From NCBI GenBank assembly GCA_044222475.1, contig JBGANF010000021.1, positions 1 through 64,000 on the forward strand: a DNA stretch of 64,000 nt. The letters are read 5' to 3'. The stretch is from Polyangiaceae bacterium (GTDB lineage: Bacteria; Myxococcota_A; Polyangia; Polyangiales; Polyangiaceae). The stretch's first letter is position 1; each line of letters starts with the position of its first letter. The notes under the pieces were generated by a model. It had not been told where the DNA came from. It did not search any database and worked only from the letters and a program-made list of their open reading frames with translations. The translations under genes were made by a program, and so were the position numbers. Shown here in pieces: positions 55,583 to 64,000 of this stretch.

Positions 55583-57094
55583 ATGATGTCCAGCCACGAA
55601 CGGGTCGTCCGGTTTGCTCTCGGCTTGCCGCTAGCGTTGGCTTGTCTCGCGGGATGCGGTGGTGCCGAAGCGACTGCGCCGGGTGACGGCGGGGTCGATG
55701 GGGCAGCGACCGTTCCTCTGAGCGATTTCGCGTCGATCGGCGAGGTCGCGGTCCTTCAGGGTGTGAAGGTGAGCGTCGGGCAGGACGGCGCTCCGATCAA
55801 AGAGACGGCTCCCGTCGTGTCCAATCGCCCGATGCTCGTCAGGGTCTTCATCAAGGCCGTTCCGGGCGAACGCTTCCGTGCACGGACGCTGAAGGGTACG
55901 CTCGTCGTCGTCCAGCCGGATGCCAGCGAGCAGGAGGTCACGGACCAGCGCGCCATCGCGGCGGCGAGCACCGACGGCGTACTCGGCTCATCGCTCAATT
56001 TCTCGGTCCCCGCGGACCAGGTCCAGGAAGGTACTTCGTTCCGCGTCCGCATCACCGACAGCGCGGGGGGCGTGCTCACGTATCCGGCCGACGGCGTGGA
56101 CTCGCTCCGCGCCGCCCGGAGCGGCGACATCAAGATTCGCGTGGTGCCGATCAACTACTCGGGTGGAACGACGGTTCGGCTACCGGACACATCGGCGTCT
56201 CAGCTCGATCGGTACAAGAGCACGCTCTTCCGCATGTACCCGACGGCGACGGTCTCCGTGACGCTTCGACAGCCGCTCGACTGGTCGACTCCGGTCGCTC
56301 CGGATGGTACGGGGTGGGACGAGGTTCTGAACGCGGTCGCCGAGGCGCGCTTCAACGACAACGTACCAGACGACATCTACTACGTCGGCGCCCTCGCACC
56401 CGAGGCGACCCTCTCCGCATATTGCTTCGGCGGGTGCGTCCTTGGGTTGGCCCCGCTCGCGGGTCCCTCCGACGTCGCCGCCCGCGTCGCGCTGGTGGCG
56501 GGCTTCGGAGGCTCGGTGTCTGCGACGACACTCCTTCAGGAGCTCGGGCACGCGATGGGGCGCGAGCACGCAAAGTGCGGTGGCGCTGCTGGTCCCGATC
56601 CGAAGTTTCCCTACCCGAACGGCGCGATAGGGAGCTGGGGCTACGACCTCGCAACCCAGACGCTCTTGGCGCCGGACGACTACCGCGACTTCATGGGGTA
56701 TTGTCAGCCCGTTTGGATCTCCGACTACACGTGGGCGGGTCTGTTCAAGCGCCTCGACTACGTACGAAAGACGACGCTCGGCAAAGCGATCGTCGGCGGA
56801 GCGACTCGATCGGGAGATCGTGTGCGAGCGATCCGTCTCGATCCCACGAAGGGGATCGCGCACTGGGGTTCGCAAATCCTGGGCATGCCGGCGCCGGCAG
56901 CCGCGACGGCCCGAGTGACGTTCTCGGATGGTGCCTTGGCTCGCGAACGTGAGGTGCCGGTTCAAGACCTTCCGACCCTCCGCGGGTCGCAGCTCTTCGT
57001 TCCTGCCGACCTCCCCATGCCGCGCACGCTGAAGCTCTATGGTGCAACGTTCACGGTGTCGCTTGCTTCCATTGCGAACCCGGGGACCCAGTAA
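55583..57094 (+). CDS. M66/reprolysin-like zinc metallopeptidase lipoprotein with a variant motif
   Basis: Lipobox 'LAGC'; 'QELGHAMGREH', 'FPYPNGAIGSWGYD', Met-turn 'DFMGYC'. Confidence 0.75.
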   Translation: MMSSHERVVRFALGLPLALACLAGCGGAEATAPGDGGVDGAATVPLSDFASIGEVAVLQGVKVSVGQDGAPIKETAPVVSNRPMLVRVFIKAVPGERFRARTLKGTLVVVQPDASEQEVTDQRAIAAASTDGVLGSSLNFSVPADQVQEGTSFRVRITDSAGGVLTYPADGVDSLRAARSGDIKIRVVPINYSGGTTVRLPDTSASQLDRYKSTLFRMYPTATVSVTLRQPLDWSTPVAPDGTGWDEVLNAVAEARFNDNVPDDIYYVGALAPEATLSAYCFGGCVLGLAPLAGPSDVAARVALVAGFGGSVSATTLLQELGHAMGREHAKCGGAAGPDPKFPYPNGAIGSWGYDLATQTLLAPDDYRDFMGYCQPVWISDYTWAGLFKRLDYVRKTTLGKAIVGGATRSGDRVRAIRLDPTKGIAHWGSQILGMPAPAAATARVTFSDGALAREREVPVQDLPTLRGSQLFVPADLPMPRTLKLYGATFTVSLASIANPGTQ

Positions 57095-57149
57095 CCGACG
57101 GGTGCGACGGCGGCGGGGGCTTCGTGGTCTTCGCGTTGCCGTAGTCCAG

Positions 57150-57890
57150 ATGACGTTCGGCCGCCAACGGCTCGAGCGGTCCGGGCTTCAGTCGCCAGCG
57201 GTGCTGCTCTGCGGCGCTGCGGTAGTGGTCGCCTGCGAGCACCCTCGATACCCCACCGCGGACGGCACACTGATCGACGTGGCTTCCCCGACGATCGTGC
57301 TTACTGCCGACGCGGTGCATCCGACCCTCACGGTATCCAACGTCGACGCGCGCGGGCGTTGCCTGCGCCTCACTGGCCTTCGTGCGACCGTGAACGGCGA
57401 GGACCAGTCGCTTGCCTTTGCTGGCGGTGTCGTGCCCGAGGGCTGGTGTGCGCCCGCTTCGTTCACGCTTGGCCGTTTCCCCGACTCGAGCCGAAGCGCT
57501 GATGCCATCGAGGTTCGAGACGAGACGCACACCTTGTCAGCGCAGTTCCCCAACGTCTTGACCCCATCGAACTGGCGGATCCGACCTCCAGACACCGCCG
57601 CCCCGGGCGAGGCGTTCATAGTCGCTCTCACGCCGAAGCCATCGGCCGGCGTCGCATCGACCGACCCGGGGGCGTTTCTCCTCGTCATGGTGGACGGCGA
57701 GCCGGTTCCCCGAGCGATACTCCCCACTGGCGACATTCTGGTGTCCCTTCCTCGCGGAGCGTCAACTCACGAGACGGAGGTTTGGATATCGTCCGAGCAG
57801 TCTAGCGTTCCTTCGCTCGAGTGTTCAGCCGCTCGCTGCCGAGCCACCTCGCAGGTCCATGTCCGAGCCCCAATCCGAATCGCGCGCTGA
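57150..57890 (+). CDS. Hypothetical lipoprotein
   Basis: 'AVVVAC' lipobox-like; start uncertain. Confidence 0.5.
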   Translation: MTFGRQRLERSGLQSPAVLLCGAAVVVACEHPRYPTADGTLIDVASPTIVLTADAVHPTLTVSNVDARGRCLRLTGLRATVNGEDQSLAFAGGVVPEGWCAPASFTLGRFPDSSRSADAIEVRDETHTLSAQFPNVLTPSNWRIRPPDTAAPGEAFIVALTPKPSAGVASTDPGAFLLVMVDGEPVPRAILPTGDILVSLPRGASTHETEVWISSEQSSVPSLECSAARCRATSQVHVRAPIRIAR

Positions 57891-57893
57891 CCA

Positions 57894-58154
57894 TCACTTG
57901 GGAGAGGCGGCGGATACGTAGTCGACTTGGCAATACGCTTGATGTTGCCAGCTCAAGCAATGGACGACGACGTCACGTCCGCACCCGCGGTAGAGGTGCT
58001 CGCCTGGACCCAAGTTGTAGCGGTTCGGGACCAGGGTCGCGAAGTCCGACTGAGGGCACGAAATGGCCGCTGCCGCGACCTTCTTTCCCTCGCTCCAGGT
58101 GGGCGCGCAGGCGACGACGACGCCACTAACGCCCAAAAGCAGCAACCAACGCAT
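57894..58154 (-). CDS. Small Cys-containing lipoprotein
   Basis: 'MRWLLLLGVSGVVVAC'; TGATG coupling to the upstream peptide. Confidence 0.55.
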   Translation of the reverse strand: MRWLLLLGVSGVVVACAPTWSEGKKVAAAAISCPQSDFATLVPNRYNLGPGEHLYRGCGRDVVVHCLSWQHQAYCQVDYVSAASPK

Positions 58155-58423
58155 CAGCCGCACGAGGACTTGCCCCCGCCTCCGGTGCCCCCGCCGCCGG
58201 CGCCGCCGCAGCTCGAACGCTCACCCTTGGCTCCCGCGCAGCCGGCCTTCTCATGAACGCCTCCATCCCTCGCGGCGCTGCTGCCGACGACCGCCGGCGT
58301 GGCGGTGGGCGTTGCGCTACCGCCGCAGGCCGCGGCACCGGCGAGACCCGCGGTGATGCCTGCGACGGCGGCAAGGACGAGCGCCGTGCGTTTGTCGTGT
58401 GACGGTCGATGCTTCATGGTCAT
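58154..58423 (-). CDS. Small Gly-rich lipopeptide with repeated Cys motifs
   Basis: Signal ending 'AAAC', then 'EKAGCAG', 'ERSSCGG', 'KSSCG*'. Confidence 0.55.
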   Translation of the reverse strand: MTMKHRPSHDKRTALVLAAVAGITAGLAGAAACGGSATPTATPAVVGSSAARDGGVHEKAGCAGAKGERSSCGGAGGGGTGGGGKSSCG

Positions 58424-58473
58424 CGACCTAAGTTGCTTCGCCTCGAAGCTCTGCACAAGTGTCACCCGATCGG

Positions 58474-59136
58474 TCACGCGGGCGACGACGCGGCTCGATC
58501 GTCCACCTCCGGCACTCGATGCGCGCGACAGCACTCGGGGACCTGCGCACGTATCGCGGCGATGGCCTTGGCGACTTTCTCCAGAAAATCGCCTTCACTC
58601 TCGATGAACACGCGCGAGCGATGTCCGCTCCACGCAGCTTCGATGCGACGATCGAGAGCGAGTGCGTCGCTGGCCTCCTCGACTCGCTGGGGATTGGCGT
58701 GATCGTACCCACGATCCGCACGAGGGGTTCGCAGGTGGATCACGGCTCCGTAGCGCTCGAGCTCTTCGGCACGGTCGATGCCCAACGAGGCGCACGCGGA
58801 CCCCGCGCCGTCGGGCCAATACGCAAGGCCGTCGACCGTCCCTCGATCGCACAGCGCGATGGCGGCTCGTGCTTCACCGATCACGATCATCTCCATCGCC
58901 CGCTGCACACGGAAGATGGCCTCCTGCGTCGCGCGTCGCCCCGGATCGGTATCGTGGCGGGGAAAACCTCCGCGGAACAAAACGGTCGCGGCCTCGGGGA
59001 GGACGACCACGTGCTCGCAAAACGCTCGCCGCACGATCTCGAGAACGGCCGTCTTGCCGCCACCGGGCCCGCCGGTCAGCGCGATGAGCCGACAGCCATG
59101 GGTCACATCTCGACACTCACACGCGTGGTCGCTCAT
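58474..59136 (-). CDS. AAA_28/NadR-Ttd14-like P-loop NTPase/kinase
   Basis: Walker A 'GGPGGGKT', 'PEAAT', 'CDRGTVDGLAY'; ATGA overlap with the cyclase gene. Confidence 0.85.
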   Translation of the reverse strand: MSDHACECRDVTHGCRLIALTGGPGGGKTAVLEIVRRAFCEHVVVLPEAATVLFRGGFPRHDTDPGRRATQEAIFRVQRAMEMIVIGEARAAIALCDRGTVDGLAYWPDGAGSACASLGIDRAEELERYGAVIHLRTPRADRGYDHANPQRVEEASDALALDRRIEAAWSGHRSRVFIESEGDFLEKVAKAIAAIRAQVPECCRAHRVPEVDDRAASSPA

Positions 59137-59822
59137 CGTCTCCTCCCAAGTGAGTCGGCGTCGAGGAACGCGGACGGCTCGAGCCGAAAGCGGTCAGCGC
59201 AGGCGTCGGAGCAGAAGGCGAACGTGATGCCGTCGAAGCGTAGCGACACCGTCGGCGTCCTCACGTGCATCCGACACACCGGATCGATCGCGTCTGCGGG
59301 TGTGGCGGTGGTGGTCGCGTTCGCGAGGAGCGACCAGACGCCGACGGGGTGAGCGATGTTCTTCAGGGCGACCTCGCCGAGCAGCACCACTCGGCAGAGG
59401 TTCTCCTTCGTCGCCGCAACCGCGACGATCTCGTTGCAGAGCACCTCCCCGGCGCGGGCGTGAGCGCCGATGCGCGCCGCGAGGTTGACTGCGCCGCCGA
59501 AGTAGTCTCCACCGCGCTCCACCGCGGGACCGGCGGAGAGACCGGCGCGCAAACCGAGGAACTGGGGCTCTGCGGAGGCCCGCGCCAGCATGGCGAAGAT
59601 GCTGAGGACGCACGGAGCCGGGACCTGGCTCGTCAGCATGACGGCGTCGCCGATGCGCTTCACGATTCGAGCGTCGTCCCGGAGAGTGGACTCTGCCATC
59701 GCGTAGAATCGCTGTGCGCAATCGGCGGCGTCGATGTCCCCGTGTTGCTCCGTCAGCGCGGTGTAGCCTGCCATGTCGACGAACGCAAACGTTCGAACCG
59801 GCTCGTCTTCGCTCCGCGTCAT
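59133..59822 (-). CDS. Class III adenylate cyclase fused to a C-terminal YHS/TRASH domain
   Basis: 'FVDMAGYT', 'KRIGDAVM', 'DYFGGAVNLAAR', 'LKNI'; C-terminal 'DPVCRM...FAFCSDAC..RF'; ATG 59822 overlaps the cusA stop. Confidence 0.88.
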   Translation of the reverse strand: MTRSEDEPVRTFAFVDMAGYTALTEQHGDIDAADCAQRFYAMAESTLRDDARIVKRIGDAVMLTSQVPAPCVLSIFAMLARASAEPQFLGLRAGLSAGPAVERGGDYFGGAVNLAARIGAHARAGEVLCNEIVAVAATKENLCRVVLLGEVALKNIAHPVGVWSLLANATTTATPADAIDPVCRMHVRTPTVSLRFDGITFAFCSDACADRFRLEPSAFLDADSLGRRR

Positions 59823-62800
59823 GTTCCCACCTCCTTCGCTGCGGTCTCGTCCTCGATGTCGATGCCGCACACCTCCGCCAGCGGTGTTCCGGTCCGGAGC
59901 GCGCGTTTGAGCTGCGAATATCGCCAATAGGTGTAGACGACCGGGATGAGCTCGAGGGTGAGGAACGCGCTCGACAGGAGCCCACCGACCATCGGCGCGG
60001 CGACGCGCTTCATGACGTCTGCGCCGCTCCCCTTCGCCCAGAGCAGCGGGACGAGGCCGATCAGCATGGTACCGACCGTCATGAGCTTCGGTCGCACGCG
60101 CAGGACGGTACCCTCGGTGTGCGCGTGGATGATGTCCTCCAAGCTTCGGAGGCGTCCCTCGCGGACGCGCCGCAGGAAGGCGTGGTCGATGTAGACGATC
60201 ATGACGACGCCCGTCTGCGCCGAGAGGCCGACGAGTGCGATGACCCCGACCCAAACCGCCGTCGAAAGTCGATAGTCGAGGAGGTACATGAGCCACACGC
60301 TCCCCACGAGCGCGAACGGGATCGAAAGGAACACGATCAGCACCTCGGTGGCGTGTTTGAATTGGAGGTAGAGGAGCAATGCGATGATCACGAGCGCGAC
60401 CGGGACCAAAATCGCCATCCGGGCGTGCATCTCTTCGAGGAGCTCGTACTGCCCCGTCCACTTCAAGTACATTCCCGACTTCATTGGGAGGTCGCCTCTC
60501 GCACGCGCCGCCTCCACTGCGCGCTTCGCGTCCGTGACATAGCCGCCCTGGTCGCGCCACGGCTCCGTGTCCACGTAGACGTAGCCGACGAGCATTCCGG
60601 CCTCGTCGCGAAGCATCGGCGGGCCCTGGCTCACCTTGACGTCGGCGACTTCGCCGAGGGGGATGAGGCGAGTACTCGCGCCATCACTGGGCAGCATCAC
60701 GAGTGCCTCACGTAGCTCTTCGGGCGACGAGCGAAAGTCCTCCTTGTAGCGGACGTTGACGCCGTATCGGCGGCGGCCGTCGACGGTCACCGAGATCGGT
60801 TGTCCGCCGATGGCGCCCTCGATCATCGATCCGACGTCGTCGATCTGAAGCCCGTAGCGAGTGAGCGCGTCGCGCCTAGGCACGACGTCGACGTAGCTTC
60901 CCCCAAGAGTCCTTTCATAGAGCGCGCTTCGTGTTCCCGGCACGGTCCTCATCACCGCCTCCAGCTTGACGCCGGCTTCCTCGATCGAGGCGAGATCCGA
61001 CCCGAAGATCTTGATCCCGACGGGGGTTCGGACCCCTGTCGAGAGCATGTCGACCCGCGCCTTGATGGGCATCGTCCACGCGTTGGTCCATCCGGGTTGC
61101 TGGATCGCGGCGTTCAGCTTGGCGATCAGCTCGTCACGCGTTTCGGGCTGCTCCTCGGGCCACGCGAGGGCGAGGGCGCGGCGTAACCAGCTCGGCGCCC
61201 AGCCCGAGTACCAGCGATCGTGGTGAACGATCGGCCAAGTTGCGACGGGCTGGAGCTGCACCACGGTCTCGACCATCGACAACGGTGCCGGATCGGTCGG
61301 CGATTCCGAGCGACCGATCTTGCCGAACACGCTCTTCACCTCGGGAAAGCGGCGCAGCGCGGCGTCCTGGAGCTCGATCTGGCGCTTGCCCTCCTCGATG
61401 GAGATGTTGGGCAGTGTCGTGGGCATGTAGAGGAGATCACCTTCGTCGAGGGCCGGCATGAACTCGGTCCCGAGTCGCAGGTACAACGGTACCGCCGAAG
61501 CGACGAAGAAGAGCCCGATGGCGAGGGTCGTGAGGGGCCTGCGGAGCGCCACGTAGACGAAAGGCTCGTAGACGCGCCGGATCATCCGCGAGATCGGGTG
61601 ATCCTTCTCGCTGCGGATCTTTCCCTTGAGGAGGATGTCTCGTAGCGCAGGGGCGAGCGTGACGCTGAGGATGGCCGCCGAGACCATGACGAACGTCTTC
61701 GTGAACGCCAGTGGCTTGAAGAGTCGGCCAGCTTGGCCGTTGAGCCCGAAGACGGGGAGGAACGAGACGGCAATGATGAGGAGTGAGAAGAAGATGGCCG
61801 GAGTGACCTCGATCGCCGCCTCGTGGAGGAGCCGTGCGCGCTCCTTGAACGTGAGGTTTGGGCCAGCCGCCTCCAGCTTCTTGTGACACGCCTCGATCAT
61901 CACGATCTCGGCGTCGACGGTAGCGCCGACGGCGATGGCGATTCCCCCGAGGCTCATGATCGTGGAAGGGATGCCGAACGCGTACATCGGGATGAAGGAG
62001 AGGAGCACTGCTAGCGGCATGCTCACCGCGGGAAGGAGCGCGCTCCGGAAGTGCATGAGGAAGATCAGGATGACGAGCGCGACCGTGATCCCTTCTTCGA
62101 TGAGGACGTGCTTCAGGGTGTCGATGGAACGTTCGATCAGCGAGCTCCGATCGTAGGTCGGGACGATCTCGACCCCTTCCGGGAGGCCAGGTCGTACCTC
62201 GTCCAGGCGCGTCTTCACGCGGCCGATGACGTCGAGAGAGTTCTCGTTGTAGCGCGCGATGACGATCGCCCCTGCGGTCTCGCCTTGGCCATCCAGCTCG
62301 GCGAGCCCGCGCCGGATGTCGGGCCCGAATCGAACCGTCGCGACATCGCCGACGCGGACGGGGGCGCCGCTCGCCGAGTCCGCACGGATCGACACCTGCT
62401 CGAGATCGCCCAGATTCTCGAGGTATCCTCGTCCTCGAATGAAGTATTCGCGCCCGCTCATCTCGAGGACGCGTCCGCCGACCTCGACGTTGGAGCGCCG
62501 CACGGCGCTCGCTACGTCGTCGAGGGAGAGCCCGTACGCGCGCAGCTTCTCCGGATCGACCGTGACCTGAAACTGTCTCTCGTACCCGCCGACGCTCGCG
62601 ACCTGCGCGACTCCAGGCACGCTCTCGAGCGCATAGCGGAGGTTGAAGTCTTGGAGGGTGCGGAGCTCGGCGAGGTCGTGCTTGCCGCTCTTGTCGACGA
62701 GCGTGTACTCGTAGACCCACCCGACGGACGTCGCGTCCGGCCCGAGCGTCGGCGTGACCCCATCCGGGAGTCGACCCTCGAGCGACTTCATGTACTCGAG

Positions 62801-63130
62801 GACACGCGAGCGTGCCCAGTAAACGTCGGTGCCCTCGTCGAAGATCACGTAGACGAACGACATCCCAAACATCGAGTAACCGCGCACCGCGTGGACCTTC
62901 GGTGCAGCGAGGAGCCTGCTGGCGATTGGATACGTGATCTGGTCTTCGACGAGCGTCGGCGATCGCCCTTTCCACTCGGTGAACAAGATCACCTGAGGGT
63001 CGGAGAGGTCGGGAACGGCGTCGAGCTGGATGTTCCGGAGCGCTTGCGCAGCGCCGATCGAGGCCATGACGTAGAACGCGATCACGAGCCAGCGATGACG
63101 AGCGCACGCGTGGATGAGCTTGGCGATCAT
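59819..63130 (-). CDS. cusA: CusA-family Cu/Ag RND permease (intact)
   Basis: 'LDAVPDLSD', 'LLYMP', 'PLSMVET', 'RVDMLST', 'RPKLMT'. Confidence 0.95.
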   Translation of the reverse strand: MIAKLIHACARHRWLVIAFYVMASIGAAQALRNIQLDAVPDLSDPQVILFTEWKGRSPTLVEDQITYPIASRLLAAPKVHAVRGYSMFGMSFVYVIFDEGTDVYWARSRVLEYMKSLEGRLPDGVTPTLGPDATSVGWVYEYTLVDKSGKHDLAELRTLQDFNLRYALESVPGVAQVASVGGYERQFQVTVDPEKLRAYGLSLDDVASAVRRSNVEVGGRVLEMSGREYFIRGRGYLENLGDLEQVSIRADSASGAPVRVGDVATVRFGPDIRRGLAELDGQGETAGAIVIARYNENSLDVIGRVKTRLDEVRPGLPEGVEIVPTYDRSSLIERSIDTLKHVLIEEGITVALVILIFLMHFRSALLPAVSMPLAVLLSFIPMYAFGIPSTIMSLGGIAIAVGATVDAEIVMIEACHKKLEAAGPNLTFKERARLLHEAAIEVTPAIFFSLLIIAVSFLPVFGLNGQAGRLFKPLAFTKTFVMVSAAILSVTLAPALRDILLKGKIRSEKDHPISRMIRRVYEPFVYVALRRPLTTLAIGLFFVASAVPLYLRLGTEFMPALDEGDLLYMPTTLPNISIEEGKRQIELQDAALRRFPEVKSVFGKIGRSESPTDPAPLSMVETVVQLQPVATWPIVHHDRWYSGWAPSWLRRALALAWPEEQPETRDELIAKLNAAIQQPGWTNAWTMPIKARVDMLSTGVRTPVGIKIFGSDLASIEEAGVKLEAVMRTVPGTRSALYERTLGGSYVDVVPRRDALTRYGLQIDDVGSMIEGAIGGQPISVTVDGRRRYGVNVRYKEDFRSSPEELREALVMLPSDGASTRLIPLGEVADVKVSQGPPMLRDEAGMLVGYVYVDTEPWRDQGGYVTDAKRAVEAARARGDLPMKSGMYLKWTGQYELLEEMHARMAILVPVALVIIALLLYLQFKHATEVLIVFLSIPFALVGSVWLMYLLDYRLSTAVWVGVIALVGLSAQTGVVMIVYIDHAFLRRVREGRLRSLEDIIHAHTEGTVLRVRPKLMTVGTMLIGLVPLLWAKGSGADVMKRVAAPMVGGLLSSAFLTLELIPVVYTYWRYSQLKRALRTGTPLAEVCGIDIEDETAAKEVGT

Positions 63131-64000
63131 TTAGCGCCAGGGCTTCGGGATGGCGTTCTTGCAGTCTGCGATCATCTCACCCATGCCCCGATGTTGCTGC
63201 TCACAGCGGGTGCAGTCCGCCCACTTGTCGGCGAACTTCGAGCGATCGAAATCGGCGTCGCACGCCGACGGCGTTCCCGTCGCGCCTGCGCTGGCGATGG
63301 AAGCTCGGAGGCGGCTCTCGGAGTCGATCAGAAACGCCGCGCTCGAGACGACCCTCTCACCCGCGGAGAGTCCCTCCCGCACCTCGATCCCGTCCGCTGC
63401 GACCGAGCTCCCCAACTTGATCACGCGCGGCTGATACGTGCCCTCTCCGCCGTCGAGGAACACGTAGGCGACCTGCCCCGTATCGATGACGGCGTCTCGC
63501 GGGACGACTACCGCGGTTCGCGGCCTGCGGGAGATGTCGACCGTACCGTACTGCCCGGGGCGGAGCACGAAGCCCGGATTGGCGAGCTGCATCCTGACCC
63601 GGGTCGTCCGTGCTCGGACGTCCAGCTGGGGATAGACGAGATCGACCCTCGATGGATAGGCGACCTCCGCCGCTTGCGGATGGTAGGTCGCTTCGGTTCC
63701 CACCTCGACCGCTCCGACCTCGCTCTGAAATACGTCGGCGACGACGTATACGCGCGAGAGGTCGAGGATGTCGTAGAGCGTCGTCTCGGGTTGCGCATAC
63801 GCTCCCAGCACGACGTCCTTCTTCACGACGAACCCGCCCGATGGTGCGAGCACCGGATACGTTCGCGAGGGGGTGCGCGTGGCGAGCACCTCGTCGATCG
63901 TGTACCCCGGGACGCCGAGCAGCTCGAGACGTCGTCGCGAGGCGGACACGGAGTCCGCGCCGGCGTCCCCGAAGCGCAGCGCCGCGCACATCTCGGTCTC
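63131..64000 (-). CDS. cusB: CusB-like adaptor, partial (5' end beyond the window), with a Cys-rich C-terminal extension
   Basis: 'LRPGQYG', 'AAFLIDSESRL', then 'CDADFD...CTRCEQQH.GMG.M..DC'. Confidence 0.88.
   Translation of the reverse strand, partial: ETEMCAALRFGDAGADSVSASRRRLELLGVPGYTIDEVLATRTPSRTYPVLAPSGGFVVKKDVVLGAYAQPETTLYDILDLSRVYVVADVFQSEVGAVEVGTEATYHPQAAEVAYPSRVDLVYPQLDVRARTTRVRMQLANPGFVLRPGQYGTVDISRRPRTAVVVPRDAVIDTGQVAYVFLDGGEGTYQPRVIKLGSSVAADGIEVREGLSAGERVVSSAAFLIDSESRLRASIASAGATGTPSACDADFDRSKFADKWADCTRCEQQHRGMGEMIADCKNAIPKPWR

Noticed and set aside
57088..57161. attC-like site (TAAC...hairpin...GTTCGGC)
   Set aside because: L-box pairing is poor, and there is no second convincing site or integrase; it is more likely an ordinary hairpin.
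63180..63230. Heme c motif in the CusB tail
   Set aside because: The sequence is CxxCxxxH, not CxxCH.

Overview
High-GC bacterial DNA with many lipobox proteins carrying DAG/DGG linkers and Cys-rich repeats, which suggests Myxococcota (Polyangiales-like; inference). The window is dominated by heavy-metal homeostasis: four RND systems (Czc-type, an unassigned one behind an OmpR/HK pair, and two Cus-type), two Cu(I) P1B ATPases, CopZ, a Tat multicopper oxidase, a CorE-like Cys-rich ECF sigma factor and a P2A ATPase. Main observations: (1) a cus operon continues by translational coupling into an adenylate cyclase-YHS fusion and a Cys/His-tipped P-loop protein, followed by small Cys lipopeptides (candidate metal-sensing cAMP module); (2) a palindrome-controlled, leaderless helical protein is coupled to a solitary HhH-like/PD-(D/E)xK nuclease and followed by mqsRA (candidate defence module); (3) a pentameric ligand-gated ion channel missed by the ORF track lies at the left edge; (4) three copies of a CGTAA(G/T)-N15-GCGTC promoter define a putative CorE regulon; (5) leaderless-type promoters are widespread. 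Two RND genes carry frameshifting deletions and one promoter has a perfect 76-bp duplication, all of which may be assembly artefacts. No rRNA, tRNA, CRISPR array, transposase or integrase was recognised. All family assignments come from reading motifs; no database search was run.
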